A stretch of DNA of 63,258 nt, filler included, from Phoronis australis (Eukaryota; Animalia; Phoronida): assembly GCA_002633005.1 (NCBI GenBank). It is 6 parts of 6 records of this genome, joined end to end, with 100 filler letters (N's around TTAATTAATTAA, not from the genome) between each part and the next. Parts side by side here need not be neighbours in the genome. Positions count along the whole stretch, not along the records: positions 34,220 to 48,182 come from NMRA01001353.1; 5 more parts are not named here. One strand, written 5' to 3'. The translations under genes and the position numbers were made by a program. This document shows, one piece after another, positions 34,624-48,200 of this stretch (position 1 is its first letter; every line of letters begins with the position of its first letter). Under the pieces are notes generated by a model. That model was not told the origin of the DNA and ran no database searches. It was given only the letters and a program-made list of their open reading frames with translations.

Positions 34624-34727
34624 TTGTCTGAAATTAGTGCAAATCCAATGCATCCAACGATCTTTCCCACGGCGAAGATAGACCCGGATGTTGCGCCAAT
34701 AGAAGCTCTGTGGCAAACCAGGTTCCA
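34624..34727 (-). CDS. SLC22-family (organic cation transporter, MFS) exon WNLVCHRASIGATSGSIFAVGKIVGCIGFALISD(K)
   Basis: W[DN]LVC...G...G...SD[RK] signature; 104 nt, phase 0 to 2, the typical SLC22 exon-2 layout; ccctgcag acceptor, gtacgt donor. No other exons were recognised. Confidence 0.85.
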
Positions 34728-35746
34728 CTGCAGGGTAAACAACTTATTGTTACATTTATGTAAACACTGTTCCACAGTAAGATAATCAACTTACGACTAA
34801 AATGGAAAACACATGTGAAATATTTCACATATGAATTTCATTTTTGTCGTGGTTACAGTTTTAACTTACTTTACCATGCGTCTACCATGGCGGATTAGCT
34901 TCCATCCGTTTAAGAGTCGCAATTGCCTAAATATGATACTGATCAGTGGGGGTTGCCAAGTTCAAAATTAACGAATGAGCGCGTTAAATTGGCATTACTC
35001 TGTGGTACTTGCCTTTTGAGAATTAGGTAACTAAAAGGTCACTTAGTTAGCAGCACTCTCATTGGTTGATGTCCCGGATGATATGCCCCATTGCTGCTAT
35101 CCAGCGAATGCAAGTGAGTGTCCGGGATATCTTGTTGCAGTAGATGTTATTAGTTAATGGAATGCATGAGAACAGACGGCGAACTTCTTTTTATAATATA
35201 AAATACCTTGAAAATCTTTGGGCCAAAACTAATCCAAACAATAAACAATCACGTGAACACTCTTTAGCAATATAACTGCCCTTCTCTTGAATGCTTGTGT
35301 TGAATATGAATCTCCGCTGTTATGACAACCTTTTTAACACCGGGTTTCTAAAATTATGCTTGAGGTATAGGAGTAGGAAATTATGGCACACCATTTATAA
35401 ATCTAACCAAAACTATATATTTATTCAATCGACTCTGTTGTATGAGCTTCATGTATCTTTTATTGAAGAAGCAGGTGACAGTTGACATTTGCATTAGTTG
35501 CCAGCCATGGCAACTATTTTGGATTTTCAAAATAATGCTACTTGTTTTGACTTACCGGCCATAAACCCTTGGTGTTATTTATAAATTTGTGCGAATCTAT
35601 TGCATTAGTTGGATTCAGCGTTCATGTTGTTCACGTTTGTGTCATGGTGCTGACTCAGCTGACAGCCAAAACAAGTTACTATAAACACAAACAATTTGCT
35701 AGCAAAGAAATAATATCAATAATACTGTCAAACTAACATACTAAGT

Positions 35747-35763
35747 TATATATATATATACAT

Positions 35764-35832
<69 letters not shown>
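35747..35832. repeat. Compound (TA)n/(CA)n microsatellite
   Basis: Directly visible. Confidence 0.95.
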
Positions 35833-35839
<7 letters not shown>

Positions 35840-36058
35840 CATTAATTTCACGGATTTCATGACAATCCCGCGCTACAAAGAAAGCTGTCAGCTAGGAATT
35901 TTAGTTCTTTCCATGTAGTGGATCGCCTTAATGTCGTCCGATGCTTTCCTCGCAGCGTTACGTACTGGTCGAATAGAGATGTATGTATATATATATATAT
36001 ACATGTTTATATGCAGATGTGGGGTTATTATTTGAAACCTTGCAGCGGGGTAAAATTT

Positions 36059-36292
36059 TGAGACCTCGTTCCGGGGTATATATAAAATATATAGCCCGCA
36101 ATTATATATGCCCCGTTGGGTATATGCCCCGGAGCAATATATGTCCCGCAATAATATATACCTCACTAGGTATATGCCCCAGTACAAATATATAGCCCGC
36201 AAGTATATATGTCCCGTTTGGTTATACAATATGTAGCCCACAACTTTATATGTCCCGTTAGATATATGCCTCACTACATTATATATCCCGGT
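36059..36292. repeat. Array of tatatgcccc-like motifs (probable subterminal repeats of a DNA transposon)
   Basis: Repeated tatatgyccc at roughly 20-bp spacing; inverted counterpart at 42030-42087. Confidence 0.6.
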
Positions 36293-36601
36293 TTTCCACT
36301 GTTAATCCACCCACTATACGAGCCCAGCAACTACATGTATATATGTGTCACATTCGGTTAAATTCTTTATGTGCCAAAATACACTCCTCCAAGGACCACT
36401 TTAATATCAAACCTGTATGCGTCCACAACAGATTTTACCACTTTCGAACTTAGAAATGTATGATGCTTTTATCTGTTTATTATTCGGAAACGTGAGCAGA
36501 TGACACTACATGTATCTGTGTCAGGCTCTACGGTGTAAGTTAATACCTTTGATAAAAATACTCTTCTAGTCTACAAATACGTTGGCACCATTTTGAATGA
36601 C

Positions 36602-36874
36602 ATTCTTGCTTAATTCGCAAACAAAATTCTCACAGGTGAACGTTTAATCATTTATTGATCCTGCACATAGTGAACTATGAATACCATAATTATCTTTAAA
36701 ATCAAGTGATGGGCACCAAATATAGAGGATACATATATATTCTTGCTTAATTCGCCAACAAAAGTCTCACAGATGAACGTTTAATCATTTATTGATCTTG
36801 CACATAGTGAACTATAAATACCGTAATTATCTTTAAAATCAAGTAATGGGCACCAAATATAGAGGATACATATA
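36602..36874. repeat. 137-bp tandem duplication (2 copies)
   Basis: attcttgcttaattcgc at 36602 and 36739, with a few substitutions. Confidence 0.9.
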
Positions 36875-39800
36875 CATCCATAGGAACAATGCTTGTGATA
36901 TGCATGTACAAACAGTTTCATCCTGCACATCTTAGCAGACTTCCAGCCACCACAATTTTAAAATCCGACCATCTTAGTAACAATTACCACTAAAAATGTA
37001 ATTAAAGGAAATTTGACAGTTTTAGATTAATTGGTGTTTGCTTTCTTCATACAAAATCTCTCATGCATAGTGACTACAATTCTCAATAACTGAAAGCAGT
37101 TATTTTCAAAGATGTTTAAACTGCAAAAACTGCAATGCCATTTGCCTGTATTGTCTAATTAACAAAACTCAGGTTCTGAAAGAGTGTAGTTGAAGTGATG
37201 ATGGTGATGATGAAGACCCTAAGGAACGAAGGTGGCACTATATAGCTTAAGACACAAAAACATAATTAAAATATTCATTGTCACTATCATTAGTAAGGGC
37301 AGATCCTGGTAACTTCGCTACGCCATTATCAAATGTCCTGCTATCATCACTTTGAGCATCACAAACAGATCCCAATGACTATTTTCCCACCTCGATGGAG
37401 ACTGTCGGATTGTCATCATCACTCTCAGCATCAGTGCATAGTTTGGAAATTTTTCCTTTATCTTAAAAGTTTCCAGACTTCATACTCTTGTTGACATTAA
37501 TTCAATGTATCGCCTGAAAATAAAATTGAAGTTTTTAAACATACATTTTCGTATGATAAAGGTTTGAAGATTGGGCGGGATGTTCTTTTCCATAATAAAT
37601 GCATTGTAAAAGCTCTCATTAAACAGCTTTTGTTACAGTGTCCAAGACTTAATTTTAGGGAATTACAGGCATTTTTTATATTTTATTAAACTTAGGCCTA
37701 ACAGGTATCTACTTAGTTTCAGTTTATACACTTTTCACAATTTACTTAGAGTAGAACTGTAATCATTTGGCAGGTATCCTTGCACACATAGCAAAAGCTA
37801 TCATTCCTGTGAGGTATATATTTAGTTATGGAATGTTTAGTTATACTTTACGCGTATGTCTTGTTCACATGGTGAATATTTGTCACCACTGGAGCATGAA
37901 TTTAGCTTTGAGGTTTGCACATTAGAGCTACCATTTTTTTTGTTGTTGCACTAAAGATTGGAGCTAACACTGGAGCTTCAGACCATAGACATGGATCCTA
38001 CATTCTTACTAAAATGCACTATTTTACACAAACAATAATATAACATTAACAATTATAATAATAACAATACTTTTGTGATTTCTTCGTAGTTCAAATCTGT
38101 TAGGTGTGTCCCCTTTAGCATCCCTGCAGGTCGATAGTACAAAGGGGAGTTAGTCGGAAAGACGTTTTAGGAGCAGTGGCCTTTTTATAGGTTTTTGGTC
38201 TCAAGACCAAATGACCTTTATTCTAAAGACATTTAACCTGAAAAAATTTAGCTTTGTTTGTTTGTGAAAATTTGACTTCACTTAAAAAGGAAACTAAACC
38301 ATGTTTTGATGAATTCAACAAACCCNNNNNNNNNNNNNNNNNNNNNNNNNNNNNNNNNNNNNNNNNNNNNNNNNNNNNNNNNNNNNNNNNNNNNNNNNNN
38401 NNNNNNNNNNNNNNNNNNNNNNNNNNNNNNNNNNNNNNNNNNNNNNNNNNNNNNNNNNNNNNNNNNNNNNNNNNNNNNNNNNNNNNNNNNNNNNNNNNNN
38501 NNNNNNNNNNNNNNNNNNNNNNNNGGTCTGATTGGCCCACTGAGCATTACATCTTGCAATAAGCCTGATTAGCAAGCACGAAAGAGTGCCAGGTAACCAT
38601 TTTGCCATGACCATGAATGGTGGGTGGCAGGGCTAGGATGACTAGATAAAATGACGAAAGAGGCGTGCGTCCTCAAAACAAAGTCGTTATCATTTGCATT
38701 CATAATAATTCTTAATTGTGCTTAAATGTACAAAAACAGCAGTCTTCTGTAAACTCTGTTGTAATGTCATCACCCAGATCACTTTCAGACTGACAGTCCT
38801 TCGAACTAAAGTTCCTTTGCACTAGAGACTATCAAAGGTCCTTCATAATACAGGATCGACCAACCCCATCTCAGCACATTTCGTATAGACATCACAAAAC
38901 AATAAAGAAACAATAGCTGAAAAGGTATTACCATATGTTTGACTTCAGCAAGAAATAAATTTCTAATTTACAAAGATATTGTGTGATGAAATTTGAAAAA
39001 CAATTAATTTTAATTACATGACATACCTTTCAGACGATCTATCAGAAAATTCTTGATTATTTTAGCAGAACCGAACACCTTGTGACGAAAACGGCATCAA
39101 TCACTTCTTCATCTGAAACAAATTATTAATGCAGTGATCTATCCTGCACCTTTACATTTGCATTCATTTGTTTGGCTTACTTAAAGCTGCCGACGTCTAA
39201 ATTTCCATTAACATGAGTTTGAAAGTTTTTAAGTTATTCTGCTACATTAAATGGTTCACNNNNNNNNNNNNNNNNNNNNNNNNNNNNNNNNNNNNNNNNN
39301 NNNNNNNNNNNNNNNNNNNNNNNNNNNNNNNNNNNNNNNNNNNNNNNNNNNNNNNNNNNNNNNNNNNNNNNNNNNNNNNNNNNNNNNNNNNNNNNNNNNN
39401 NNNNNNNNNNNNNNNNNNNNNNNNNNNNNNNNNNNNNNNNNNNNNNNNNNNNNNNNNNNNNNNNNNNNNNNNNNNNNNNNNNNNNNNNNNNNNNNNNNNN
39501 NNNNNNNNNNNNNNNNNNNNNNNNNNNNNNNNNNNNNNNNNNNNNNNNNNNNNNNNNNNNNNNNNNNNNNNNNNNNNNNNNNNNNNNNNNNNNNNNNNNN
39601 NNNNNNNNNNNNNNNNNNNNNNNNNNNNNNNNNNNNNNNNNNNNNNNNNNNNNNNNNNNNNNNNNNNNNNNNNNNNNNNNNNNNNNNNNNNNNNNNNNNN
39701 NNNNNNNNNNNNNNNNNNNNNNNNNNNNNNNNNNNNNNNNNNNNNNNNNNNNNNNNNNNNNNNNNNNNNNNNNNNNNNNNNNNNNNNNNNNNNNNNNNNN

Positions 39801-42800
39801 NNNNNNNNNNNNNNNNNNNNNNNNNNNNNNNNNNNNNNNNNNNNNNNNNNNNNNNNNNNNNNNNNNNNNNNNNNNNNNNNNNNNNNNNNNNNNNNNNNNN
39901 NNNNNNNNNNNNNNNNNNNNNNNNNNNNNNNNNNNNNNNNNNNNNNNNNNNNNNNNNNNNNNNNNNNNNNNNNNNNNNNNNNNNNNNNNNNNNNNNNNNN
40001 NNNNNNNNNNNNNNNNNNNNNNNNNNNNNNNNNNNNNNNNNNNNNNNNNNNNNNNNNNNNNNNNNNNNNNNNNNNNNNNNNNNNNNNNNNNNNNNNNNNN
40101 NNNNNNNNNNNNNNNNNNNNNNNNNNNNNNNNNNNNNNNNNNNNNNNNNNNNNNNNNNNNNNNNNNNNNNNNNNNNNNNNNNNNNNNNNNNNNNNNNNNN
40201 NACGTGACACCATAACTATTTCTTTATCTTGAAATATTAATAACAATTCCATTACTCGGCGAGCATACATGTATGCATGGTGGTTGCGCGCGCCAAAATG
40301 TTCAATGATGCTGCCATCGGCGTAGCGCATTGATGGCGTAAGTTATCGTATTGAGACTACGCCCCACTATACTGTCATTTAAGGGTCGTAGACGCTACAT
40401 GTACGTTAAATTAAAAAGGTGGTTGCTACGATAAAACGTAAAAAGGTGGTTGGCTGCAACTACGCCAAACGTATACCATAACTCCCGGTGGGTAGGTGCT
40501 ATGTTAAACAGCAAAAAGGTAGTTGGCTGCGCCTACATGTACCTACGCCCCACTACAGCACTGTCAGACTATTGACCAATCGACCCACAGACCCTTTGGA
40601 CCATTCCATCCCTTGTTGAGTCATTTAAGCAGACATCAAAGTTACTAAGAGAATTCAAATATATTTTTAAGTATTTTTTCACAACGTCTGGTCTGGTGTA
40701 TTTGTCCTCCTTTTAATAACAACAGAAAATATGTTTAGTGAATACACATTCTAGGCACTTGGTTAGTTAAGATTTGAGAACCTGTATATTCTGGCAACTT
40801 AGACAAAATAACTTCAGAAAATTATTTTACCCTGGATTTTCCCATTTCAAGTTTGAGATTTGGTTTTCAGTCACTGATTTCCAAGGGCTCATTTAAGAGT
40901 TAAAAAGATCTAAGGTTGATACTAGATCACTCACATTGAATCAATGTCAAAACATGTACGAATCACTGTTTCTTGTTACATTAAGTAAAAACTCACATTT
41001 AAAGAATAGGCAAACAACACAGCATATCAATACCTTTGCTCACTAATTTTCCAGGCTTGTTTGAAGTGTAACATATTTTTTAAGGAAAAGTATTTGGTTG
41101 ACATTTAGGACTGAACCCGACCAAACTGCGAAAGTTTTATGAAAGCTTTTACTCAATTGCCTCACGATATGTTTTAGTGTAAATGCTAGTATGTACGTTT
41201 GCTTTTCCAGTATTTACTTCTTGTTAGAATTTGTAATATGTACATGTACAGTTATTACTTATTTATTTGATCGAGGGTTCCATCTTAGAGGGACTTTTGT
41301 AGCGTTCCAGTCCACAAAATGTACGTTTTTCTTAGGAAAATCGGTACTGAAAGGACATCCATTTGTAAGGAAAAGGTACCATTTTGCAGTGAATCTGGAA
41401 AATCTTACGAAGTGCAATTTTTCTCAGAGATATATAGAAATCTACAACTGAGTCTCGGGAGTTTTTAAAGTAAAAGGAATTACTCAGCTCATAATACTAT
41501 GGGGGTGGTTAGATTTTGACAGATGCGAGTATTAGGCCGCATCTTCTGCATTAGAAATAGTTCGTAGGACTCTATTAAAAGCAAGTTAGCCATCCCCATC
41601 ATCACCACTCTGTGAATTTGCTATTACTTTAATAACCAAAATATTAAGGAATTTGAAAGACTTACCATAGACTTAGATCTCGGATGTACCATCTTCCACA
41701 CAAACATTCTTGTTTCAGATAAAACGAAGTAAAACTTGTCTCAACTCAAACTGTAAAACCGATGTTCAACCCCAACTCTATTAACACTAAAAGCAAAACC
41801 TCAGACGCTTGTTTTAGTGGAAGGTCAAGTAACTTAATGGTCATTACATAACAGTATGCCAATGTAGGTCACATATGGCACTCTGCAGCAGGGCACTCAT
41901 AATAACAGTGACATCTTTTGGGAGAGACTGTACAGAGTTATATATAGGATGTTGTGATGAAACCAAGTTGTTGAGAGAATACACGTGTAGCCACAGTACA
42001 TACCAAATAACAGTTTCTGATAGGTCTGAAATTGTGGGGCATTATATATACCCCACAATTTTTTGGAACCCCACAGCAAAGGTCTCATATATAAAAATGC
42101 CCCGGATCTGTATAGTTCTCTTAGTATATATATATATATATATANNNNNNNNNNNNNNNNNNNNNNNNNNNNNNNNNNNNNNNNNNNNNNNNNNNNNNNN
42201 NNNNNNNNNNNNNNNNNNNNNNNNNNNNNNNNNNNNNNNNNNNNNNNNNNNNNNNNNNNNNNNNNNNNNNNNNNNNNNNNNNNNNNNNNNNNNNNNNNNN
42301 NNNNNNNNNNNNNNNNNNNNNNNNNNNNNNNNNNNNNNNNNNNNNNNNNNNNNNNNNNNNNNNNNNNNNNNNNNNNNNNNNNNNNNNNNNNTCACGAACA
42401 CATATATATGAGTAAATATATAATACAACTCTGTACAAAACATATCATAATAAAACAGTATATATATATATATATATTTATTTATTCAATAACTAGGCCT
42501 CCGGCCCTTGTTACAATCAAATCATCAAATACCATAAAGGTAAGTGTCAAACACTATTTATATACGTGTATTTATTTCAAATGTTTCTAAGTATAAGAAA
42601 CGTGACGTCATGTCCCGACACTGATCATCACTGCCTTGTCGGACTGTTTATGATTATCAAGAGTAAGATAAAACAGTCTAGCAGTAACAATTCAAAAAGA
42701 TAACGGATGCACTGAAATTAACTGGGTTTGGGACATAACAACTGAAATTTCAAAGGCATAATTCAATTATACAGGAATGTAATAATATGTTATTATTGAT

Positions 42801-44134
42801 AACTAGCTCCTATTTCCTTCCGGCGGCCCTATCTGGCATGATTCAGTATGGCAACTAATATCAATGTGTGAATGTTTATCAAAAGTTAGGAAGTCGTAAG
42901 GCGAAGGATTAAATTAAGTTCTCCAGTTCAAAATCCATTTGTGGCCTATTCTTCAATATCAATTGTGTATTAAATCAAAATTCAAAAAAATACATTGACC
43001 GATTTTGTGTTCATCACGTAATACTCACCGTCATTTGCATATCCTTCATGTTCGAAACTGTGTCATCAGATAATTCCTTGAAATGGAATCCAAAGGGTGT
43101 CTCCGCAGCGTGTATGGTACATTTTATTCCATTAACTGTAAGATTTCAATATGCTGCTATGAGAATTTAATTTACTACGTTAGTCTAATGGCAATATTGT
43201 AAAACTTGTTTCATAACATCAATAAAAGCCTCCTGGACATTAAGAAATAAAATCTTTCCCTAATAATCTGACTATGCAGTGTAAATTCTTGTTTTATAAT
43301 GAGGTTATTCCTAATACTAGCATTCTCAACAAGGCAGATATTTCTTCCCGTAAACTTGTTGTCACTACGACCTGACTCATAGTATAAAAGGGTTTTCATG
43401 GGTGTCGCCTTTTTTTCCTTTCCCTTCTTTCATTTAGCATGTATTGTAGCCCAACGCATAATAAATGTGTTAGACTCTACTTTGCAGCTATAATATTTAT
43501 CGCCATTGTACAGCAAATGCTTGGTTTAACAAACTGTTCAGTTTCCGAAAATCAGATGAGTTGAGCAATAGGTGCGTAACTTATGTACCTCAAAGAACAG
43601 AGTTTTCGTCGATCCACAGTCAATGTGTCTTTGAAATTAGCTAGGTATCTATGCTGTTCAGAGACAAGACAATTATAGAGACCCTTGGTCGTTTAAAGTT
43701 TCCCAAAATATCCCATGTTTTCCGCCCAAAGTTTTCAGAATACGTAGTTTATTGATATTCATTAATTTTCCCCAATTTTAATCAGACGAGCACCTCAAGG
43801 TAACGAGGTATCTCGTGGCGTTAGATATTTCCATAAAGTCGCCGTGTTACCCCTTAAAGCATTAATTACGCTTTCGAAGTCAGGAGACTTTTAAAGTGTA
43901 CACAACATGACTCTAGTACCTCAAAATAAATTTTATTATTATATCTTACTAGATTTCAGTGCCTTTAGTGCACAGCTCATAAAGAAACACGCAAAAATTG
44001 GAAAAATAATAATTATGTACAACGTCATGGGTTGAACCCATGTCGTTTGCCATACTGTTCGGATCAGAGACAAAGTGTATAGAGTGAAGTGAAAGCAAAG
44101 TACATTTAGCGTCGAGAAGGTTCGTAGAGGGATC

Positions 44135-44370
44135 AAAAGAACTGTTTCTGGAGGCTGCACCAACAGCAGCCAAACGGAGAAAGTCTCGGTGTTCCGAAGG
44201 ACACCAAATTTAAGCAGAAGTGGCATCGCTTCGTGCTCCGAACTAGAGTGTGGGACGTCATCGTGGACCAAGCGACTCGGTCCGGGGCCACTCTGTGTTC
44301 TGCCCACTTTGAGGACTCGTGTTTCGACTCCAGTCACAGGAGACGTTACAATGAAGGCCTGGTTCACTAA
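44135..44370 (+). pseudogene. THAP domain remnant (transposase N-terminus)
   Basis: VSGGCTNSSQTEKVSVF / PKDTKFKQKWHRFVLRTRVW...ATLCSAHFEDSCF with frameshifts; matches THAP motifs (C..C, FP, W, CSxHF). Confidence 0.8.
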
Positions 44371-44383
44371 AGGACAATATTTA

Positions 44384-44649
44384 TCATTCAGAAACATCAG
44401 CTCTTAATTCAGGATCGTCTGTTGGACTGGGTTGACTCGCCGAGCCCGAGGCCGCTTCTCTCGCGGGAGGATCCAGTTCGTAAGGCTCAAAGTAGAAAAG
44501 TACGCAGCCAGAAGCACATTAAATTTGTTCTCGCTTTCGTGCAACCCCATTTCCTCATTCTGGCCACCATTCCCGTACGTTTCTTCATAGTATTCGTTCA
44601 ATTCTTGCTCATAATCGTCGTCGCTTTCAAATTCCCTGCTCTCCGCCAT
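44384..44649 (-). pseudogene. KolX-like (nanor/P2X7-tail-like) first exon remnant
   Basis: Acidic MAESREFESDDDYEQE..., then after a frameshift FEPYELDPP...ELRADVSE(W), resembling the PYxFEP...RxxxxxW pattern that precedes the Cys cluster; it converges on the THAP remnant. Confidence 0.45.
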
Positions 44650-44944
44650 TGTTCAATGCTAGTCACTGATCTCTTGTGTTCAACCCATGACGACACATGG
44701 CGGGAAATGTGAAAATTGGCAAATTGAAAGAAAAATCAAAATTTCGAGCTAATTACACAAAATAAACATGGGTTTAGCTAAATTTTACGTCATACATTTG
44801 GCAAAATTGAAAGAAAAATCAAAATTTCGAGCTAATTACACAAAATAAACATGGGTTTAGCTAAATTTTACGTTATTCATTTAGTCTGTGGCCACCGGTA
44901 ATTCAAAATGTGCAAAAATCCATGGTGTGTACTGTTTAAGACCA

Positions 44945-45260
44945 TGTTTGCCGTAAGCTTACAGCAAACATGCCACAAGCTTGTGGCAAACATTTTTGTT
45001 TGCAGCAAATCAGCCGCAAAGTTTGCAGGAGTTTGCCGCTACCCGCAACTCATCCGCACACATTGCCGCAACCTTGCTGCAAACACTGAAGTTTGCAGGA
45101 ATATTGCGGCAAACTTGGTGATTGAAAAAGTGTTTTCAGGAAAGTTGCAGGAAACTTTATTGTTGAAAAGTGTTTGCGGGAAAGTTGCAGGAAATTTTAT
45201 TGGTGAAAAGTGTTCTCAGGAATAGGTGAAAAAAAGGTTGCACGAAATTTGCAGTAAACT
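44945..45260. repeat. Array of short palindromic tgccgcaa/ttgcggca and aaagttgcaggaa motifs (subterminal repeats of a CACTA/EnSpm-like element)
   Basis: Repeated motifs in both orientations; the terminus is not resolved. Confidence 0.45.
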
Positions 45261-48200
45261 TCAATGTTAAGATTGTGACAATGTTAGAAATTGTGAAATT
45301 GTTTTTTATTTTCTAAATTCCAAAGAAACCTCAAATCCGGCTNGTTTTTAGTCAATAGATCAGATATCTTGCAGTCATCGTGTCTAAGCTCGTGCAGTTG
45401 TTAAACAAGTCTTACTCATAGAGTCATGCTGTTAGCAGTGAAGGTCTCATTTCTGGTACAATGTATGTATATTTGTATTGATATGATCTTATTTTGTAAA
45501 TAAACCCTTCATAAAACAAAAACGTGTTTCAGCGATGTTCGTTTTATGGTGCTACATTTATTTCTGTCAGTTACACAGGCAATTGCCTCCTGTACTTGAC
45601 CAAATTAAAACCCGTTTTTTGGAATGAAATAATCTGAGTAAAGCACAACTGTAGGAGTGTCATCATCTGCCCCAGCAGTCATGGTTGCCATTGTCATTTT
45701 GGTAATATTGAAACTACAAAAAGATCGGGTAACGGACTTACACCATGTGGTTTTGGTACCACGGGTGTATTGCAAACTTGGTAGAATTGTGTTGTTATCT
45801 GACCATCGGACTTTACTCCAGGCGTCACTCCTAAATTGACCAGTTGCAAGTGACATTTAAAGTAAAACTCCGTCTCTAGTAAAGCTGCTTGTCAGTTACA
45901 AACACTAAAGATGAAAATAACCACAGAAATGCTGCTTTATTTAACTGCTATGGGTATATAATGAATGAGGTATTTGTAAAAATATCAGTTCTTGCAATTT
46001 AAACAGTAGGTAGAGGACATGCAAACCAATAAAGAAGTTAAGTGGTCAATCGTAATGCACATTACATTGCTTAACTTTGTAATTGCACAAGTTGTTGCCT
46101 TTACTCTAGTCATGAGTACATGCTTACACTTGAGAATGTGTCATCACTTGCACGTCTGCATTATCAAAGTTCCCAAGGCAGTAAGTTAAACAAGAGAAAA
46201 TTATCCAAAGCTGCACATGGCATTATGAGATGTGTTCCCTGACTAGAGTAAAATTATATTTCTATGCAATCTACTTACTGGCCCAGTTTTGGAGAAACAA
46301 AATGTCTCATTACACCATAAAGCCACCAATTTCATTACAAACATGTCACTAAATTGGAGCAGAAACAAAGTTGCAATTGTAAATGCAAATAAATAAAATT
46401 CATTAAATTAATACAGTTAACATTAAATTATCAAATTCATTACATTCCTTACAGAGTATCTTTTGTCATGATGTAATAATATAGAAATTAATACAAAACA
46501 TGTTAAAAAAGTACAAAACTGTGTCTAAACTATGTCCCCATGCACAGATCACTCATATTTTATTTGGGAATGTCGAGAGGAAGCTGTGTCCAAATTTCTC
46601 CTTTCTAATCTTTGCGTCAAGTTGGTCCATCGCCTCTGCCACTCGCTTCATTGAATTCCTGGAAGACGGGTGTATATCATAAATCTTTGACTGGTAAAAT
46701 AATTTTGACACTTTGGGCTTAGAGGAAATAACTTAACATCACAATGGCTTAGAATTTTGCCGATGGTAGTAAATCATAAGTGACATTCACACGCAACAGA
46801 AATTGAAATTAGCAGGCAAAGTCGGTGAAAGCATATCTTTGTGAACCCAGCTCTTAGGCATACAACTGTCCCGTTAAACTGTGAAACTTAACACAGCTGA
46901 ACTACAGGTATATGGACCTGGCTGAGAAGATAATTGTTTAAGAGGCATTATCTGAGAAAACCTGCAGAGGTCGGCGGAGGCATGTTAAAATTCATGGATT
47001 TTGTCAATGGGGTTTTATTAAGGATACCAAACAATAAAATAAAAAGTTATTTTAAAAATCAAAAAAATGTTTTTGTATGGATTACAGCACATCCAATATT
47101 CCCATGTATTCCAATAGGGAAATGGGTAGTAAGTGTGGAATTTCAAAAGGCTTTTATTAGAAAGTAGTTCCTAACTATTTAAAGTGAGATATTTTTTTCT
47201 ACCAAAATAAGGTAAATTAAAAATATTCCATCGTCAAATCTGTGGGAGTTTCTTCACAGTTCCTGTGAAATGCCGCCAAATACGCAGAATTTTGGGCAAT
47301 TCTATGAAGCTCTCCAGCATTGGAGGTAAAATTGAACAGTTTACCCAAACCGGAAAAGTCGATAGCGTCCGTTTGTACAGCGATTTCCTTCGAAATTTGG
47401 CTCTTATTTATGTACGGATACATGGTATTTATTTAATAATTAGTAGAACAATGTTTATTTGTTGTTTTTACTTCGCGTAGAATCGGTTGTTGTTAATACA
47501 ATAGCACTAAGCAGTGTTTAGTGATCATTAGCAGGCCCCGCCAGACTCGATTTCCTAGTCAATCGACGAAAGTTGCGATTGTGTTTGAAATTCTTGCTAC
47601 ATGTAGTTTGATAATGTATTAAGCAATTTCTAATATTCACTTCTTCAACTGGCTATCATTTCAAGAACTGGGTCGTGTACGGTGATTCCCTCATAAGTCG
47701 ACGTAGCGTAGGCTTAATGAAAGCTAGCCTTTGTACAAAGCCAGCTGGCTAGCCTGGCTAAACAAAAGCCAACGGTTCAGTCAAGGTGACGTTTTGATAT
47801 ACGTCTTTTGGATAATGGAGTAGAATTTTTGACAATATTCAGTACAAAATTGGCAAAAGAATAAAATTGCTAAAGGGGAGGGGGGCATATTTTTGCCAAT
47901 TAGATTTGTTGCCACGTGTGCAAAATACAAATATTTCTTTACAAAATATCCAAATATCTAGGAATTTGTATCACAACTACACACTTCAGTGCAAGTTGTC
48001 GAATGTATAATATTCACTTTCTGTGCAGAAGATTCAGTTACACAAGTTATGAAATCTACAGACAGTTTTGAAAAAGCCGCCGACTTTGAAAAAGTGTTCT
48101 GTGAACAATTAAATCATTGTATACCATCTATGCACAACCCCCAAAAATCGCACCAGAGTTAATTCTTATTTAATAGTAAGACNNNNNNNNNNNNNNNNNN

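Larger units (their letters stand above)
43895..44935. mobile_element. Internally deleted Kolobok-like DNA transposon with TTAA TSD
   Basis: TTAA|agtgtacacaacatg ... catggtgtgtactgt|TTAA (12/15 TIR match); perfect 15-bp subterminal inverted repeat cgtcatgggttgaac/gttcaacccatgacg; convergent THAP and acidic KolX-like remnants inside. Confidence 0.75.

Noticed and set aside
38223-42590. Long X-rich ORFs
   Set aside because: They are artefacts of translating through N gaps.
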